Virus record (IMG/VR): IMGVR_UViG_2671180037_000003
Coordinates: 2,401-66,400 of that record
DNA length: 64,000 nt
From: a virus
Lineage: Duplodnaviria; Caudoviricetes
Strand: one strand, 5' to 3'
Shown: positions 1 through 9,463 of the stretch, one piece after another
Layout: each line of letters begins with the position of its first letter
Position numbering within the stretch: position 1 is the stretch's first letter
The notes under the pieces: model-generated
What the model was told of the DNA's origin: nothing
Seen by the model: the letters and a program-made list of their open reading frames with translations, nothing else
Database searches by the model: none
Made by a program: the position numbers and the translations under genes

Positions 1-1
1 A

Positions 2-319
2 CCACCACCAAGCGGCGATGGCGATCCGGTCAAACTGGCCGAGCCAAAGGCACCCGCGCCGGCAACCGAAGCGCCCCCCACTCCCGCTCAACCGCCGATC
101 GTCATCGTGGCTCCGGCACCGGCTCCGGAAGCGCAAGGTGAGATTTACGAGAGCTATCGCGGCTATCAGCGTCACGTACCTTACCGGCACGACTATTATC
201 CGCCGCCACCCGGCTACTGGGGAAAACCGCCCGGTTCATGGCCGCCGCCCCCGCCACCGCCGCGCCCACCCGCGGAGCCGGACAAACCGCGCATCAAGGG
301 AATGCTGATGGATCGCTGA
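2..319 (+). CDS. 3' part of a proline-rich hypothetical protein (starts before the window)
   Basis: Frame of ORF 107..319 is open back to base 2 (PPPSGDGDPVKLAEPKAPAP...); Pro-rich C-terminus. Confidence 0.6.
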   Translation, partial: PPPSGDGDPVKLAEPKAPAPATEAPPTPAQPPIVIVAPAPAPEAQGEIYESYRGYQRHVPYRHDYYPPPPGYWGKPPGSWPPPPPPPRPPAEPDKPRIKGMLMDR

Positions 320-329
320 CGGCCACCCG

Positions 330-692
330 GTGAACGCCCTGGAACCGGGCGTTCCACACGTCGAATTCAATGAAACCGTCGCGGCAAAGGCTGTCCCAAC
401 CCATGAGGCATCACTCACCCACAGACTGATGGAGGCTCTCATGGCCATCGAACAAGCGCTCTGGAATGAAGTACTCACCCGGCTGCTGCACGCTCATCCG
501 GCAGGACTCGGCAAGGAAGTCCTGGACAACTATCGAGGCCAGCAGGCCGTCGTGGACTGCCTGGCCGATCTGCAGGAACGCGGGTTGATTCAGGGAGGAA
601 CCATCCTGCCCGGCGCGGTGAACGACCATTCCCTGGACTTGCCCGTAAAGCTGACATCCGCCGGCGTAGAGCAAGCCAAAGCGATCGAATGA
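330..692 (+). CDS. hypothetical protein
   Basis: 120-aa ORF directly after the previous gene; hairpin at ~700-720 follows. Confidence 0.55.
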   Translation: MNALEPGVPHVEFNETVAAKAVPTHEASLTHRLMEALMAIEQALWNEVLTRLLHAHPAGLGKEVLDNYRGQQAVVDCLADLQERGLIQGGTILPGAVNDHSLDLPVKLTSAGVEQAKAIE

Positions 693-770
693 CCGTACGA
701 GCCCGCCCTGGGCCGGGCTTCACGGAACTACGATCCACCGCCTGGCGCGAATGACCGCCAGGCGCGCCGG

Positions 771-1046
771 CTACTTCGACTCCTGCCGGATGTCCAGAAG
801 CACCCAGACATCCAGCCCTTGGGCGCGGGCGGCTTTTTCGGCCTCCAACTGAGCGGTCAGCCGGCTGATCGAGCGCGAGCGGTGCTCGAAGCGGAACGGC
901 GGCCCGCCATTCTTGCGGACACTCAACTCGACCAAGGTGTAGGTGAAGGGATTAGGCGATTTTTCTTTTTTCTGTTTCTTCGGTGCGGCGGGGGTGAGGC
1001 CCAATGCTTTACGCACGTCGTCCTCGGACAAACTCAGATTGCTCAA
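771..1046 (-). CDS. hypothetical protein
   Basis: 91-aa ORF with globular composition. Confidence 0.6.
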   Translation of the reverse strand: MSNLSLSEDDVRKALGLTPAAPKKQKKEKSPNPFTYTLVELSVRKNGGPPFRFEHRSRSISRLTAQLEAEKAARAQGLDVWVLLDIRQESK

Positions 1047-1172
1047 CTACGAAACCCTGCTGCTGGATTGACCGCATACGGCCCGCGGCTGGATGCCGCA
1101 GCGATACTGTATCGTCAGCAACCATTGTCGACAATCGACAGATCTAAATTCCGACAGAACTTAATAACAGGC

Positions 1173-1400
1173 CTAATAGAAGTGGATCTCGCCCCCTTCG
1201 ATGCCGGCAATCTGATCGATGATGGCGGCCGCCGCGCACTCCGCCTCGACGAGGCTGGCGAAATCCTTCGTACGGGTTACCTGAAACGCCGCCGACTGTT
1301 CCGCGGTACGCCCTCTGAGCATGACGAACGCCTTGATGCCGTCACTGTCCTGCACAGCACTAGACCAAACGCGCGTAGCACCTATCACTCGATAGCCCAT
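1173..1400 (-). CDS. hypothetical protein
   Basis: 75-aa ORF, ATG start. Confidence 0.45.
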   Translation of the reverse strand: MGYRVIGATRVWSSAVQDSDGIKAFVMLRGRTAEQSAAFQVTRTKDFASLVEAECAAAAIIDQIAGIEGGEIHFY

Positions 1401-1527
1401 AGCCCGTTACCCGTTCAGTTATGTCCAGGGTTAAGAGCGGCCAAAACGCTCGATAATTGCCCAACCAAAGGTTGGCGGGCCGTTGCCACCGTGTTTCGCA
1501 GGCGCGTGAGACACCGACTAAACCCGC

Positions 1528-2394
1528 TCAAACCCGCGCCAGCAGCGAGCTGTTGGTCGCCTTTATGTCCTGCAAGGAGGGAAACCCGCCTTCGTCGGAC
1601 GTGCTCCCGTTTTCCTTCCCGCTCGCGGACAACAGGTCGAACAGGTTCGGCAGAGGTTTGGAGACCTGCTCCTTGAGCGCGGCTGTGCGAAGGGCCGTTT
1701 CGATGGGTGCCTTCTCCTGATTCCAGGCGGCCGAAGACTTCTCGTCGCTACTCACGGCAGCGAGGAATTTCGCGCCCGCGAGATTGCGCGCCGTTTCGTC
1801 CCCGGCGTATGGATCGACGAACTGGGCTTGGCTGCCCGCCGGGCCGACGAATTCACCCATCGCCAGCGACAGCTGCTGCTTCATCAGGGAACTCGCGGCT
1901 TTCTGCTCCTGCTCGGAGAACAGCCCCCCGACGTTCTCGCTGACCGAATACAGAGAGCGACGATCAAGGTTGCCCATCAGCGAAATGGTGTCGACATTGC
2001 CCGGGCTGTTTGCATCGTAAGGCGTGCCACTGGCCTTCATCGTCGCGTAGTTGGCGTCCATGCGACTGCGCGCGTCGGTAGCGACGTCCGCCAATGTCTT
2101 GCCCTGCGAACTGGAAACGGAGCCCGGACTGATGACGCCGCGAACCAACGCATCCGAAGTCATTCCGGTTCGACTGGGGAAGAACTGCGCGTAGTAGTTG
2201 CTCAGCGCATTGGATTGCTGGCCCGCACTGGAGAGCGTAACGGTCGACGAATGCCCGGAGGTCGTAGACGCGGCCGTGTTCGCAAGGCTCGCCGTCGAGG
2301 CCTCCAGTGCGCTTGCCACCGAGGTCTTCTGGCCGTACAGCGAGGACGCATTCGCCGAGTAGTAGCCCGCCACGCCGCCGGAGATGATGCTCAT
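1528..2394 (-). CDS. Ser/Ala-rich hypothetical protein
   Basis: Long ORF; likely start MSIISGG at 2394 after AAGGA RBS. Confidence 0.7.
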   Translation of the reverse strand: MSIISGGVAGYYSANASSLYGQKTSVASALEASTASLANTAASTTSGHSSTVTLSSAGQQSNALSNYYAQFFPSRTGMTSDALVRGVISPGSVSSSQGKTLADVATDARSRMDANYATMKASGTPYDANSPGNVDTISLMGNLDRRSLYSVSENVGGLFSEQEQKAASSLMKQQLSLAMGEFVGPAGSQAQFVDPYAGDETARNLAGAKFLAAVSSDEKSSAAWNQEKAPIETALRTAALKEQVSKPLPNLFDLLSASGKENGSTSDEGGFPSLQDIKATNSSLLARV

Positions 2395-2512
2395 GCTGGG
2401 TTCCTTTTGCAGTACAGGGCGTCGCCAGAGAAATGGCGCATACCCGGAGCTTTCAGGGTCTTTTGCAAGGACCACGCCAGCGACAACGGGCTTCTGGCCG
2501 CAGCGAGGCCAT

Positions 2513-2540
2513 AAAAAAGCCCCGCATCGGCGGGGCTTCT
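2513..2540 (-). terminator. rho-independent terminator
   Basis: GCCCCGC/GCGGGGC hairpin followed by a T-run on the minus strand, downstream of the lipoprotein gene. Confidence 0.75.
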
Positions 2541-2554
2541 CGGTTGCAGGAAAC

Positions 2555-2764
2555 TCAGCGCTCCATCACCTGTTTCACTTGCGTCAGCGGAATCTGCTGG
2601 GTACGGCCGTCAGCGTCTTCGTACTCGTAGAGGCCGCTGTCTTCGTCCAGCTTCGGCTCGCCGTGGGCGGTGATCATCTGACCGTCGTTGGTACTGATCA
2701 CGTAATCGCTGGCACAGCCGGCGAGGCCCAGCACACAGAACGCGGCAAACATCCAATGCTTCAT
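2555..2764 (-). CDS. YgdI/YgdR (DUF903) family lipoprotein
   Basis: Lipobox LAGC followed by SDYVISTNDGQMI...G.P..D..SG.Y.Y.D..G. Confidence 0.85.
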   Translation of the reverse strand: MKHWMFAAFCVLGLAGCASDYVISTNDGQMITAHGEPKLDEDSGLYEYEDADGRTQQIPLTQVKQVMER

Positions 2765-2861
2765 AAGTGACTCCTTCAGTTAACCAAGAGAGGACAATGC
2801 GTCAGACACCCGCCGGTGAAATTTGCTCCCGAGCGCATGCCAGGACCGCCGATTGCCCGGA

Positions 2862-3083
2862 TCAGCTATCCGCCTCCCGGCCTTCACCGCCGATGTGCAC
2901 TTTGGGCAGGTCATAGGGCGGCTCGACCTGCTTCTGCATCGGCGGTTTTGCATCGGGATCGTTTTTCAGCGGCACCGGCGCGTCCTCGATGATAGAACCG
3001 GGGTCCTCGTTGCCAGGATCGTTGATCAGCGACCCCTCGCCGAGGTCCTGATGCCCCTTCCCCTCGTTCGATTCCGTACTCAT
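2862..3083 (-). CDS. small acidic hypothetical protein
   Basis: Start MSTESNEG after GAGGAGG RBS. Confidence 0.6.
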   Translation of the reverse strand: MSTESNEGKGHQDLGEGSLINDPGNEDPGSIIEDAPVPLKNDPDAKPPMQKQVEPPYDLPKVHIGGEGREADS

Positions 3084-3194
3084 AGCGACCTCCTCACCCG
3101 GCCTGGAGTAGACCTGTACCCGTTTGAGGCCGCCGCCGGCTGCGCGTTCCGAAATCAATCGCCTGGGTGGAGCCTTGGCCCGTTCAGGACGGCA

Positions 3195-3422
3195 CTACCG
3201 CCTACGCATGGAGAACGCCAGCAGCAGGAAACCCGGCACGAGAAACGCCGGCGCCATGTACAGAAAAGTGTCGCCTCCGCCGCCCATCCCCACCGCCGCG
3301 AAGGCCACGCCACAACACAGCAACGGCGTGGCCGCGATCATCAGGGGTTTCGGTTTGGTCTTCTTCTGCACACGTGACTCCAACGGCTCTTCGGAACTCG
3401 CGGCAGACCGCGAAATGCACAA
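3195..3422 (-). CDS. small membrane protein (start uncertain)
   Basis: Two hydrophobic segments. Confidence 0.5.
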   Translation of the reverse strand: MCISRSAASSEEPLESRVQKKTKPKPLMIAATPLLCCGVAFAAVGMGGGGDTFLYMAPAFLVPGFLLLAFSMRRR

Positions 3423-3485
3423 CTACGACGCATCGATTACGCGCGAGTTCGGAATGTCCTGTCGCGGAAACAGGCATGGCGCGCC

Positions 3486-4055
3486 TCAGGCGCCACCCAG
3501 ATGCTCGTAAAGAAGGGTGCCGCCAACCAGGATCAGAACGATCCCGCCGGCAATTTCCGCGCGCCGCCCCACCATCGTGCCCAGCACCCGACCCAGCAGC
3601 GTTCCCATCGTCACCATCGTCATGGTCACCAAGCCGATCGCCAGCGCCGCGACGGCGATGTTCACATCCACGAACGCCAGCCCCACCCCTACGGCCAGCG
3701 CATCAATGCTGGTAGCGACCGCCGTCGCGGCGAGAATCCAGAACGAATGCTGCGTGGCCCTGCCCTCGGGCGCTCCAGCTTCCGGTTTCAAGCCGGCGTA
3801 GATCATGTGCAGGCCGAGCAGCAACAGGAGGCCGAAGGCGATCCAGTGATCCCATTCGGTCACGTAGCTGCTGGCAGCCTGCCCGATGAGCCAACCGACG
3901 ACGGGCGTGATGGCCTCGATGACACCGAAGATCAGACCGGTACGGAGCGCTTCGGCGAGAGATGGCTTGTGCAGGCTCGAGCCCTTGCCTACCGCCGCAG
4001 CGAAGGCGTCGGTGGACATGGCGAAGGAAAGGAAAATCAGCGAGAGGGTGTTCAA
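3486..4055 (-). CDS. mntP: manganese efflux pump MntP (YebN)
   Basis: [10 protein letters not shown] and [10 protein letters not shown] repeats, WDHWIAF motif; probable TTG start at 4055 after GGAG. Confidence 0.92.
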   Translation of the reverse strand: MNTLSLIFLSFAMSTDAFAAAVGKGSSLHKPSLAEALRTGLIFGVIEAITPVVGWLIGQAASSYVTEWDHWIAFGLLLLLGLHMIYAGLKPEAGAPEGRATQHSFWILAATAVATSIDALAVGVGLAFVDVNIAVAALAIGLVTMTMVTMGTLLGRVLGTMVGRRAEIAGGIVLILVGGTLLYEHLGGA

Positions 4056-4114
4056 GGTGCAGCTCCAGCCGGGCATGAGTCCACGACACGCCGCGCGCCC
4101 AGCTTGAGCGCAGC

Positions 4115-4225
4115 AATGTCGTTGGTCTCACCAATCCGGCTGGATGCGCTGACCACGGCTGACCGCCGAGTATGTTGACCAGCGCGCCCGCGCATCACGC
4201 ACAGGCAGGTTACTCCCCAAAGAGG
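4115..4225 (-). ncRNA. yybP-ykoY manganese riboswitch
   Basis: Minus strand reads TTGGGGAGTAACC...GTCAACATACTC...GGTGAGACCA directly upstream of mntP. Confidence 0.85.
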
Positions 4226-4423
4226 CAGCGGAGCGTAGCAGGCCCGGGTGAAAAAAACGTGAACGCTGAAGATGGAGCGACGATCAGCGTCATGGGCAGA
4301 CACCACGCACTCATGACTGACCCATCACAGGTAGATGGCCAAGCAGACCGATCCCGCCAGAGTCACCTGCCGGGTTCTTTGACAGCGAAGGCCAGCATCG
4401 AGCGAAGACAAAATCCACACAAA

Positions 4424-4453
4424 CAAAAAAGGCGACCCTTTCGGATCGCCTTC
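4424..4453 (-). terminator. terminator downstream of the tRNA 3' end
   Basis: AAGGCGATCC-GAAA-GGGTCGCCTT followed by TTTT on the minus strand. Confidence 0.75.
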
Positions 4454-4480
4454 CAAGCCCCGTGCAGTACGGGTTTTGTT

Positions 4481-4530
4481 TGGTAGGCACAATTGGATTC
4501 GAACCAACGACCCCCACCATGTCAAGGTGG
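4481..4530 (-). repeat. prophage att site: 3' half of tRNA-Val(GAC), anticodon arm to CCA
   Basis: Minus strand CCACCTTGACATGGTGGGGGTCGTTGGTTCGAATCCAATTGTGCCTACCA; D-arm and 5' acceptor strand missing; phage sequence starts immediately. Confidence 0.88.
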
Positions 4531-4615
4531 CATCAGGGCCATCGCTACCTTATTGATATTTAAGGCTTTCTTAGCCACCATCAAGTGCCTGAAAACTGCA
4601 CTATACCCTCATGAA

Positions 4616-4628
4616 AATCAACAACTTG
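4616..4628 (+). promoter_or_regulatory. IHF-binding site in the att arm
   Basis: AATCAACAACTTG matches WATCAANNNNTTR, ~90 bp from the att core. Confidence 0.6.
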
Positions 4629-4681
4629 GCGTTGTATTTTCATACAGCTGCGCCAGGCAAACCACGACAATCCTCCGCTGT

Positions 4682-5962
4682 TCAGCGGCTCGGCACCCTC
4701 CACAGCTGATCCATCTTGGTCGTGAACGACTGGCTCATCAGCTCCCGCCTCATGCCCCACTCGGGGCTCGACGTGACCCGTCCGGGTCGAAGCGTCCCCC
4801 TTCCCCATTTCGCATTGATCTCGTCCAGCACGCTCATGACCCGTTCGCTCGCCTCGGGCTGAGTAGTGGCGAACAGGTCGGCGGTGTACTCGCCGCGCTG
4901 GCACAGATCGAGCAGTAAGATCTCCGCCTTGCTGTAGTTGTAGCCCTCCCGGAACACGCGATCGAGGCCGGCCAGCGCCGCGGCGGTGAGCATGCGCACG
5001 TCGTCGGTCGGGTACGGCAGTTCGCAGAGCACGCCGTTCGCGTATTTCGCCTCTTCCGGATTGAACATACCGGTGCGCACGCTCACGCGCAGGCGCTTGC
5101 ACAGGGAACCCTGGGCGCGGAGCTTCTCGCTGGCGCGCGCGGTGTAGCTGGCCACCGCTTCGCGGATCGGCTCGATTGCCTTCAGCCGCTGGCCGAACAT
5201 CCGACTGCAGCAGATCTCCTGCTTCGGCGGATCGGGGTCGTCGAGTTGCAGGCAAGGCGTGCCGCGCAGCTCCCGCGCCGTCTTCTCGACCACCACGCTG
5301 AATTTCTTCCGCAGCATCCAGGGATCGGTCTGCGCCAGGTCCCATGCGGTCTTGATCTTCATTCCCTCGAAGTGCGCCTGCAGCTTGCGGCCGACGCCCC
5401 ACACCTCGCCGACGTCCAGGGCGCGGAGCAGCTTGTCCCGGCGCTCGGGGTCGCGGATGTCTACCACGCCCCCGGTCTGCTTCTGCCAGCGCTTCGCAGC
5501 GTGGTTGGCGAGCTTGGCCAGGGTCTTCGTGCCGGCGATGCCGACGCCGACCGGGATGCCGGTGCACTGCAGCACGCGCCGGCGAATCTCACGGCCGAGC
5601 GGCTCGGCGCCGGCTATGCCGGTCAGGTCGGCGAAGGCCTCGTCGATGCTGTACACCTCGAGCGCCGGCACCAGGCTCTCGATGACCGTCATCACGCGCT
5701 GGCTGATGTCGCCGTAGAGCGCGTAGTTTGAGCTGAACGCCACCACGCCCCACCGCCGCAGGTCGTTCTTGATCTGGAAATACGGGGCGCCCATCTTGAC
5801 CCCGAGGGCCTTCGCCTCCGGCGTGCGACTGATCACGCAGCCGTCGTTGTTGCTGAGCACCACGATCGGAGTGCGCAGCAGGTCCGGCCGCCAGACGCGC
5901 TCGCAGCTGCAGTAGAAGGAGTTGCAGTCGATCAGCGCGAAGACGGGTTCACGTGCAGCCAT
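4682..5962 (-). CDS. umuC: Y-family DNA polymerase V catalytic subunit (UmuC/RulB)
   Basis: ALIDCNSFYCSCE, VVLSNNDGC, YSIDEAF, C-terminal W.MRRE..S..FTT. Confidence 0.95.
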   Translation of the reverse strand: MAAREPVFALIDCNSFYCSCERVWRPDLLRTPIVVLSNNDGCVISRTPEAKALGVKMGAPYFQIKNDLRRWGVVAFSSNYALYGDISQRVMTVIESLVPALEVYSIDEAFADLTGIAGAEPLGREIRRRVLQCTGIPVGVGIAGTKTLAKLANHAAKRWQKQTGGVVDIRDPERRDKLLRALDVGEVWGVGRKLQAHFEGMKIKTAWDLAQTDPWMLRKKFSVVVEKTARELRGTPCLQLDDPDPPKQEICCSRMFGQRLKAIEPIREAVASYTARASEKLRAQGSLCKRLRVSVRTGMFNPEEAKYANGVLCELPYPTDDVRMLTAAALAGLDRVFREGYNYSKAEILLLDLCQRGEYTADLFATTQPEASERVMSVLDEINAKWGRGTLRPGRVTSSPEWGMRRELMSQSFTTKMDQLWRVPSR

Positions 5963-6380
5963 GGCTGCGCACGCTGAATTTCACAACGCCCCAGATGCGC
6001 AGCTCGTCGCCCTCGAGCACGAAGCGCGGCGGGTATTTGTCGTTCGCCGAAAGCAGCCGGATGTCGGTGCCGCGCTTGTGAAGGATCTTCACCATCGGTT
6101 CGTCATTGAGCGCAGCCACAACGACGGCGCCATGCTCGGCCGGCAGGGAGCGGTCCACGACTAGCAGGTCGCCGTCGAAGATGCCGATGTCCCGAAGGCT
6201 CTCGCCGTCGACGTAGACCAGGTAGGTGTGAGGCGCGCGTATGTCGAACAGCGCGTCGAGGGATATCGTCTGCTCGAGATGATCCTGCGCCGGCGATGGG
6301 AAGCCGGCTGGCACGCGAAAACCATACACCGGCAGCGGCACGCCGCCGGGCGCTATCTGGCCGACGATGGGGAGGTTCAT
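5949..6380 (-). CDS. umuD: UmuD/RulA, S24 peptidase
   Basis: VPAGFPSPA cleavage motif, G.S...GIFDGDLLVVDR; overlaps umuC start. Confidence 0.93.
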   Translation of the reverse strand: MNLPIVGQIAPGGVPLPVYGFRVPAGFPSPAQDHLEQTISLDALFDIRAPHTYLVYVDGESLRDIGIFDGDLLVVDRSLPAEHGAVVVAALNDEPMVKILHKRGTDIRLLSANDKYPPRFVLEGDELRIWGVVKFSVRSHGCT

Positions 6381-6397
6381 GTGGAAGGGTCCGAATA

Positions 6398-6413
6398 CTG
6401 TTTATACGTACAG
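6398..6413. promoter_or_regulatory. LexA (SOS) box between divergent umuD and SRAP genes
   Basis: CTGT-TTATACGT-ACAG. Confidence 0.88.
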
Positions 6414-6477
6414 TTAAACAAGGGCGTGATGGCGGGGTCAAACGGAACACGCAGTGGGACGACGACCGGAGAACGAG

Positions 6478-7221
6478 ATGTGCGGACGATTCACCCAGTA
6501 CCGGACAGCCATCGAATATCTCGAAGCATTGCGCTATGAGAAGGACATCATGGGCGGGTTCGATCCGGAGCCGATCGGGCGCTACAACGTCGCCCCACGG
6601 TCGCGTGTGCTGATGCTGTTCGAGAACGACGAAGGCGCGCGCTTCGCCAAGATCCCTTGGGGCTACGAGCCGTTCTGGGCGAAGGGGAAAAGGCCGCCGG
6701 CGATCAACGCCAGAGTGGAGACGGCAGCCACCAGCCGATTCTTCCGGGACGTGTGGCGCAACGGTCGTTGTCTGGTGATGGCGGACGGGTGGTACGAGTG
6801 GGTGAAGGATGCCAACGACCCCAAGAAGAAACAGCCCTTCTACATCAGGCTGAAGAGCCAAGAGCCAATGTGGTTTGCGGCGCTGGGCCAGTTCAATCGT
6901 GAGGGTCAGTTAGAAGAGCGCGAGGGAGACGGTTTCGTGATCATCACCGCCGAAAGCGATCAGGGAATGGTGGACATCCACGACCGCCGGCCTGTTGTGC
7001 TGTCGCCCGAGCTGGCACGCGAATGGATCGAGCCGGACCTGGGGGCCGAGCGCGCCGAGGAAATCGTGAGGACGCTGGGCACGCCGGTGGAGGAGTTCGA
7101 GTGGTTCGAGGTGGACAGGGCGGTGGGGAACGTAAGGAATGAAGGGCCGGGGCTGATACGGCCATTGAGTCCCCATGTAGGCGAATCTGACGCAGTGGAC
7201 GATTTCGATTTCACTGCTTAG
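6478..7221 (+). CDS. SOS response-associated peptidase (SRAP/YedK/HMCES family)
   Basis: N-terminal MCGRF, YNVAP, INARVET, GWYEW, IHDRRP. Confidence 0.93.
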   Translation: MCGRFTQYRTAIEYLEALRYEKDIMGGFDPEPIGRYNVAPRSRVLMLFENDEGARFAKIPWGYEPFWAKGKRPPAINARVETAATSRFFRDVWRNGRCLVMADGWYEWVKDANDPKKKQPFYIRLKSQEPMWFAALGQFNREGQLEEREGDGFVIITAESDQGMVDIHDRRPVVLSPELAREWIEPDLGAERAEEIVRTLGTPVEEFEWFEVDRAVGNVRNEGPGLIRPLSPHVGESDAVDDFDFTA

Positions 7222-7267
7222 CTAGAAAGGTGGCACTTCCACCACCCATCCAAGAAAGGAGAAAGCC

Positions 7268-7441
7268 ATGGATGATCTCAGTAATCGAGGACCGCAAGAC
7301 CGCGCACGGATAAACGTCGGCGAAGAGCATGAGCTTCGCTACTGGACAAAAACGCTTGGGGTAACGGAGGCGGAGCTTCGGGCCGCAGTCAAAGCAGTCG
7401 GTGTGATGGCGGATAAAGTTCGCGCCTACCTGAAGAAATGA
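7268..7441 (+). CDS. DUF3606-family small protein (not in the ORF track)
   Basis: MDDLSNRGPQDRARINVGEEHELRYWTKTLGVTEAELRAAVKAVG..., 57 aa, AGGAG RBS. Confidence 0.8.
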   Translation: MDDLSNRGPQDRARINVGEEHELRYWTKTLGVTEAELRAAVKAVGVMADKVRAYLKK

Positions 7442-7542
7442 GGAGGGGTGCCGGCCAGCCCGGCGTCCACCCGCCCTGTATAGATCCAGCAGCCAAGAGA
7501 TCGTAGTTCGCCGCAATTTACCGTCGCCAGCCATAGCGCTGG

Positions 7543-7815
7543 TCATCGACATGCCTGATTCGCCGCCAGCAGCTCCCCCTCGTAACCCATACGCTGCCGG
7601 CGTTCGGCGAGCAGCGCGCGCACCTTCACCTCGAGCGAATCCGATTTCCGGAGGCCAGCAGCGGCCCAGGACGGCACGGCTACGTCCTTCGTGCGGCACG
7701 GAACCGGCACCGGCACTTCCACCCGCACTACGCGTGGCTGCGGATCGACCGTTTCGGGATTCCCAGCGCAGCCCGCCAACAGCATCAGTGCGGCGATGAT
7801 CAGCACAGCCCTCAT
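7543..7815 (-). CDS. o-spanin-like lipoprotein
   Basis: Lipobox LAGC, VPVPVPC motif; follows i-spanin with 4-bp overlap. Confidence 0.75.
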   Translation of the reverse strand: MRAVLIIAALMLLAGCAGNPETVDPQPRVVRVEVPVPVPCRTKDVAVPSWAAAGLRKSDSLEVKVRALLAERRQRMGYEGELLAANQACR

Positions 7816-8234
7816 AGGCCCAACTCCTTGTCGATGATGGATTCCGCTGCCTCCGCGGGATCGCCGCCGGTGCGTTCCTGCTGCAGGCGATTGGCGGCTT
7901 GGTAGTCGGTTTGTGCCTGGGCGTGTGCGGCGTTCTGTGCCGCCTCAGCAGCCTGTTCGCGCTGCGCTGCCTCGTTCTGCAGCTTGCCAAGCGCCCTGCC
8001 CTGCTCGCCCGTCAGCTCGGCGAGGTTGTCGCGCGCGGCAGTGCATGCGACCAACTGTTCACCCTTCGCCGTAGCCACGGCCCGCGCCACTTCCAGCTGC
8101 GGCGAGTAATGCCGGTCGGTGAGCCACCACGCCGTTGCCGCGCCGCCGCCGGCGCCCAGGCCGAGCAATGCTATGGCGCCAACAGCGAGGGCGGCGACGC
8201 GGTACTGGGCTGGGATCAGATCGCTGAGGCTCAT
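7812..8234 (-). CDS. i-spanin-like protein
   Basis: N-terminal TM followed by a coiled-coil; follows the endolysin. Confidence 0.7.
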   Translation of the reverse strand: MSLSDLIPAQYRVAALAVGAIALLGLGAGGGAATAWWLTDRHYSPQLEVARAVATAKGEQLVACTAARDNLAELTGEQGRALGKLQNEAAQREQAAEAAQNAAHAQAQTDYQAANRLQQERTGGDPAEAAESIIDKELGL

Positions 8235-8680
8235 GCCAGAGCCCGCCGCACACCTTCGGCAATCACTGCCGGCGCGTAAGGGTTGCCGCCGTTCTCGTGG
8301 CGAATGATCGCCGTCGTCACAGCGAGCAGCACGGGCTGGGCCTTGATGTCGATGACCTCGTTCGGGTCGACGCCGACGCTCCAGGCGACGGCGCGGATGT
8401 AGGCCTCGGTGTCGTTCTCGTTGCCCGGTGCCCAGCGGTTGATGGTCTCGCGCACCGTGTCGACACCGCGCTCGCCAACGCCCGGCTGGCCGTCCTTGCC
8501 GCGGTAGTTGATCAGCAGCTTACCCAGCGCGCGGATGCCATTCTCCGGCGAGTCGAATCGAGCGAAGCGCGGGCGCGCCACGCCCTCCTCCAGCCCGACT
8601 TGCCCTTGCCATTTGTTGCGAGGGTTGAAATCGATATTGCCGGGGTTGTTGTTCCGCACCCCGCGAGTTGCTGTTGCCAT
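8231..8680 (-). CDS. putative endolysin (NNPGNI-type lysozyme-like family)
   Basis: RGVRNNNPGNI, FARF.SPENGIRAL, RWAP..ENDTEAY, IIRHENG; upstream of the spanins. Confidence 0.75.
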   Translation of the reverse strand: MATATRGVRNNNPGNIDFNPRNKWQGQVGLEEGVARPRFARFDSPENGIRALGKLLINYRGKDGQPGVGERGVDTVRETINRWAPGNENDTEAYIRAVAWSVGVDPNEVIDIKAQPVLLAVTTAIIRHENGGNPYAPAVIAEGVRRALA

Positions 8681-8696
8681 GCTTTTCTCCAGACAT

Positions 8697-8722
8697 GAAA
8701 AAGCCCGCGCGCGGCGGGCTGG
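8697..8722 (-). terminator. terminator
   Basis: AGCCCGC/GCGGGCT hairpin + T-run on the minus strand. Confidence 0.65.
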
Positions 8723-8737
8723 TGGGTGGTGATGCGG

Positions 8738-9463
8738 TCAGCTCTGAAATCCCATCTCCAAGCGGATTCGCGCTTTCAGCTGCTCGCTGAGCTTGTCGCC
8801 GTAGACGCGCAGCTCGCTGATGTAGCCGTTCATCTGCTCGATGTACGCCCCGCGTGCGCCGATGCTGAGGGCGACCGCGCCGTTGTATACGGCGCCCGTG
8901 GCCACGGGATCGGTGTTCACGCCGTTGCAGCCAGCGAGCATCGTGCCGGCCGCAGCCGTGTCGCCGTCGCGGGAGCCCTCGATGAGCTGCCAGGCGTTGA
9001 GGCCGATCGTTCCCGCCAACTCAGCGGCCACGCCGGTAACCCCGGTGTTGAACGACACGAACCGCGCGCTCTTTGTGCTCGACACGCCGCTGTGCCAGCT
9101 CCGAGTGTTGCCGCCGCTGTCCTGACACAGGATCGTCGAGTTGTTTGCGCTGGTGGGCGCGGTGCTGAACAGCACTTTCGCGAACACAGTGATGTCGGGC
9201 GGCGCGACGAAAGCCGGCGTATTGAGGAGGCTGCCGGCGAACAGCATCGCCGGTTCACCTACCACGCCGCCGTAGAAGCGCGGCTGCCGTGCCTCCGTGG
9301 CTTGGGACGCGGGCATGCCATTGAGCCGTCCGACCCACTGCGGCACCCGGGCACCGTCCGCGGCCGCAGCGTCGATCGCCAGCCACTGCTCGATCAGCAG
9401 CTTCTCAGCAGTGACGCGGGGGATGAAGCCGGATCTGATCCGGCCGTACATGCCGGACCTCAT
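8738..9463 (-). CDS. LamG/concanavalin-like beta-sandwich protein (tail-associated)
   Basis: Start MRSGMYG overlaps the previous stop; LSIGARG...MNGYISELRVY resembles the LamG C-terminus. Confidence 0.6.
   Translation of the reverse strand: MRSGMYGRIRSGFIPRVTAEKLLIEQWLAIDAAAADGARVPQWVGRLNGMPASQATEARQPRFYGGVVGEPAMLFAGSLLNTPAFVAPPDITVFAKVLFSTAPTSANNSTILCQDSGGNTRSWHSGVSSTKSARFVSFNTGVTGVAAELAGTIGLNAWQLIEGSRDGDTAAAGTMLAGCNGVNTDPVATGAVYNGAVALSIGARGAYIEQMNGYISELRVYGDKLSEQLKARIRLEMGFQS

Noticed and set aside
819-1676. 285-aa plus-strand ORF
   Set aside because: Overlaps three more plausible minus-strand genes; no recognisable domain
4481-4560. Intact tRNA-Val gene
   Set aside because: Only anticodon arm to CCA is present; the 5' part is replaced by phage sequence
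4632-4647. LexA box near att (TTGT-N8-ACAG)
   Set aside because: One mismatch in the core and no downstream gene; may be an integrase arm site
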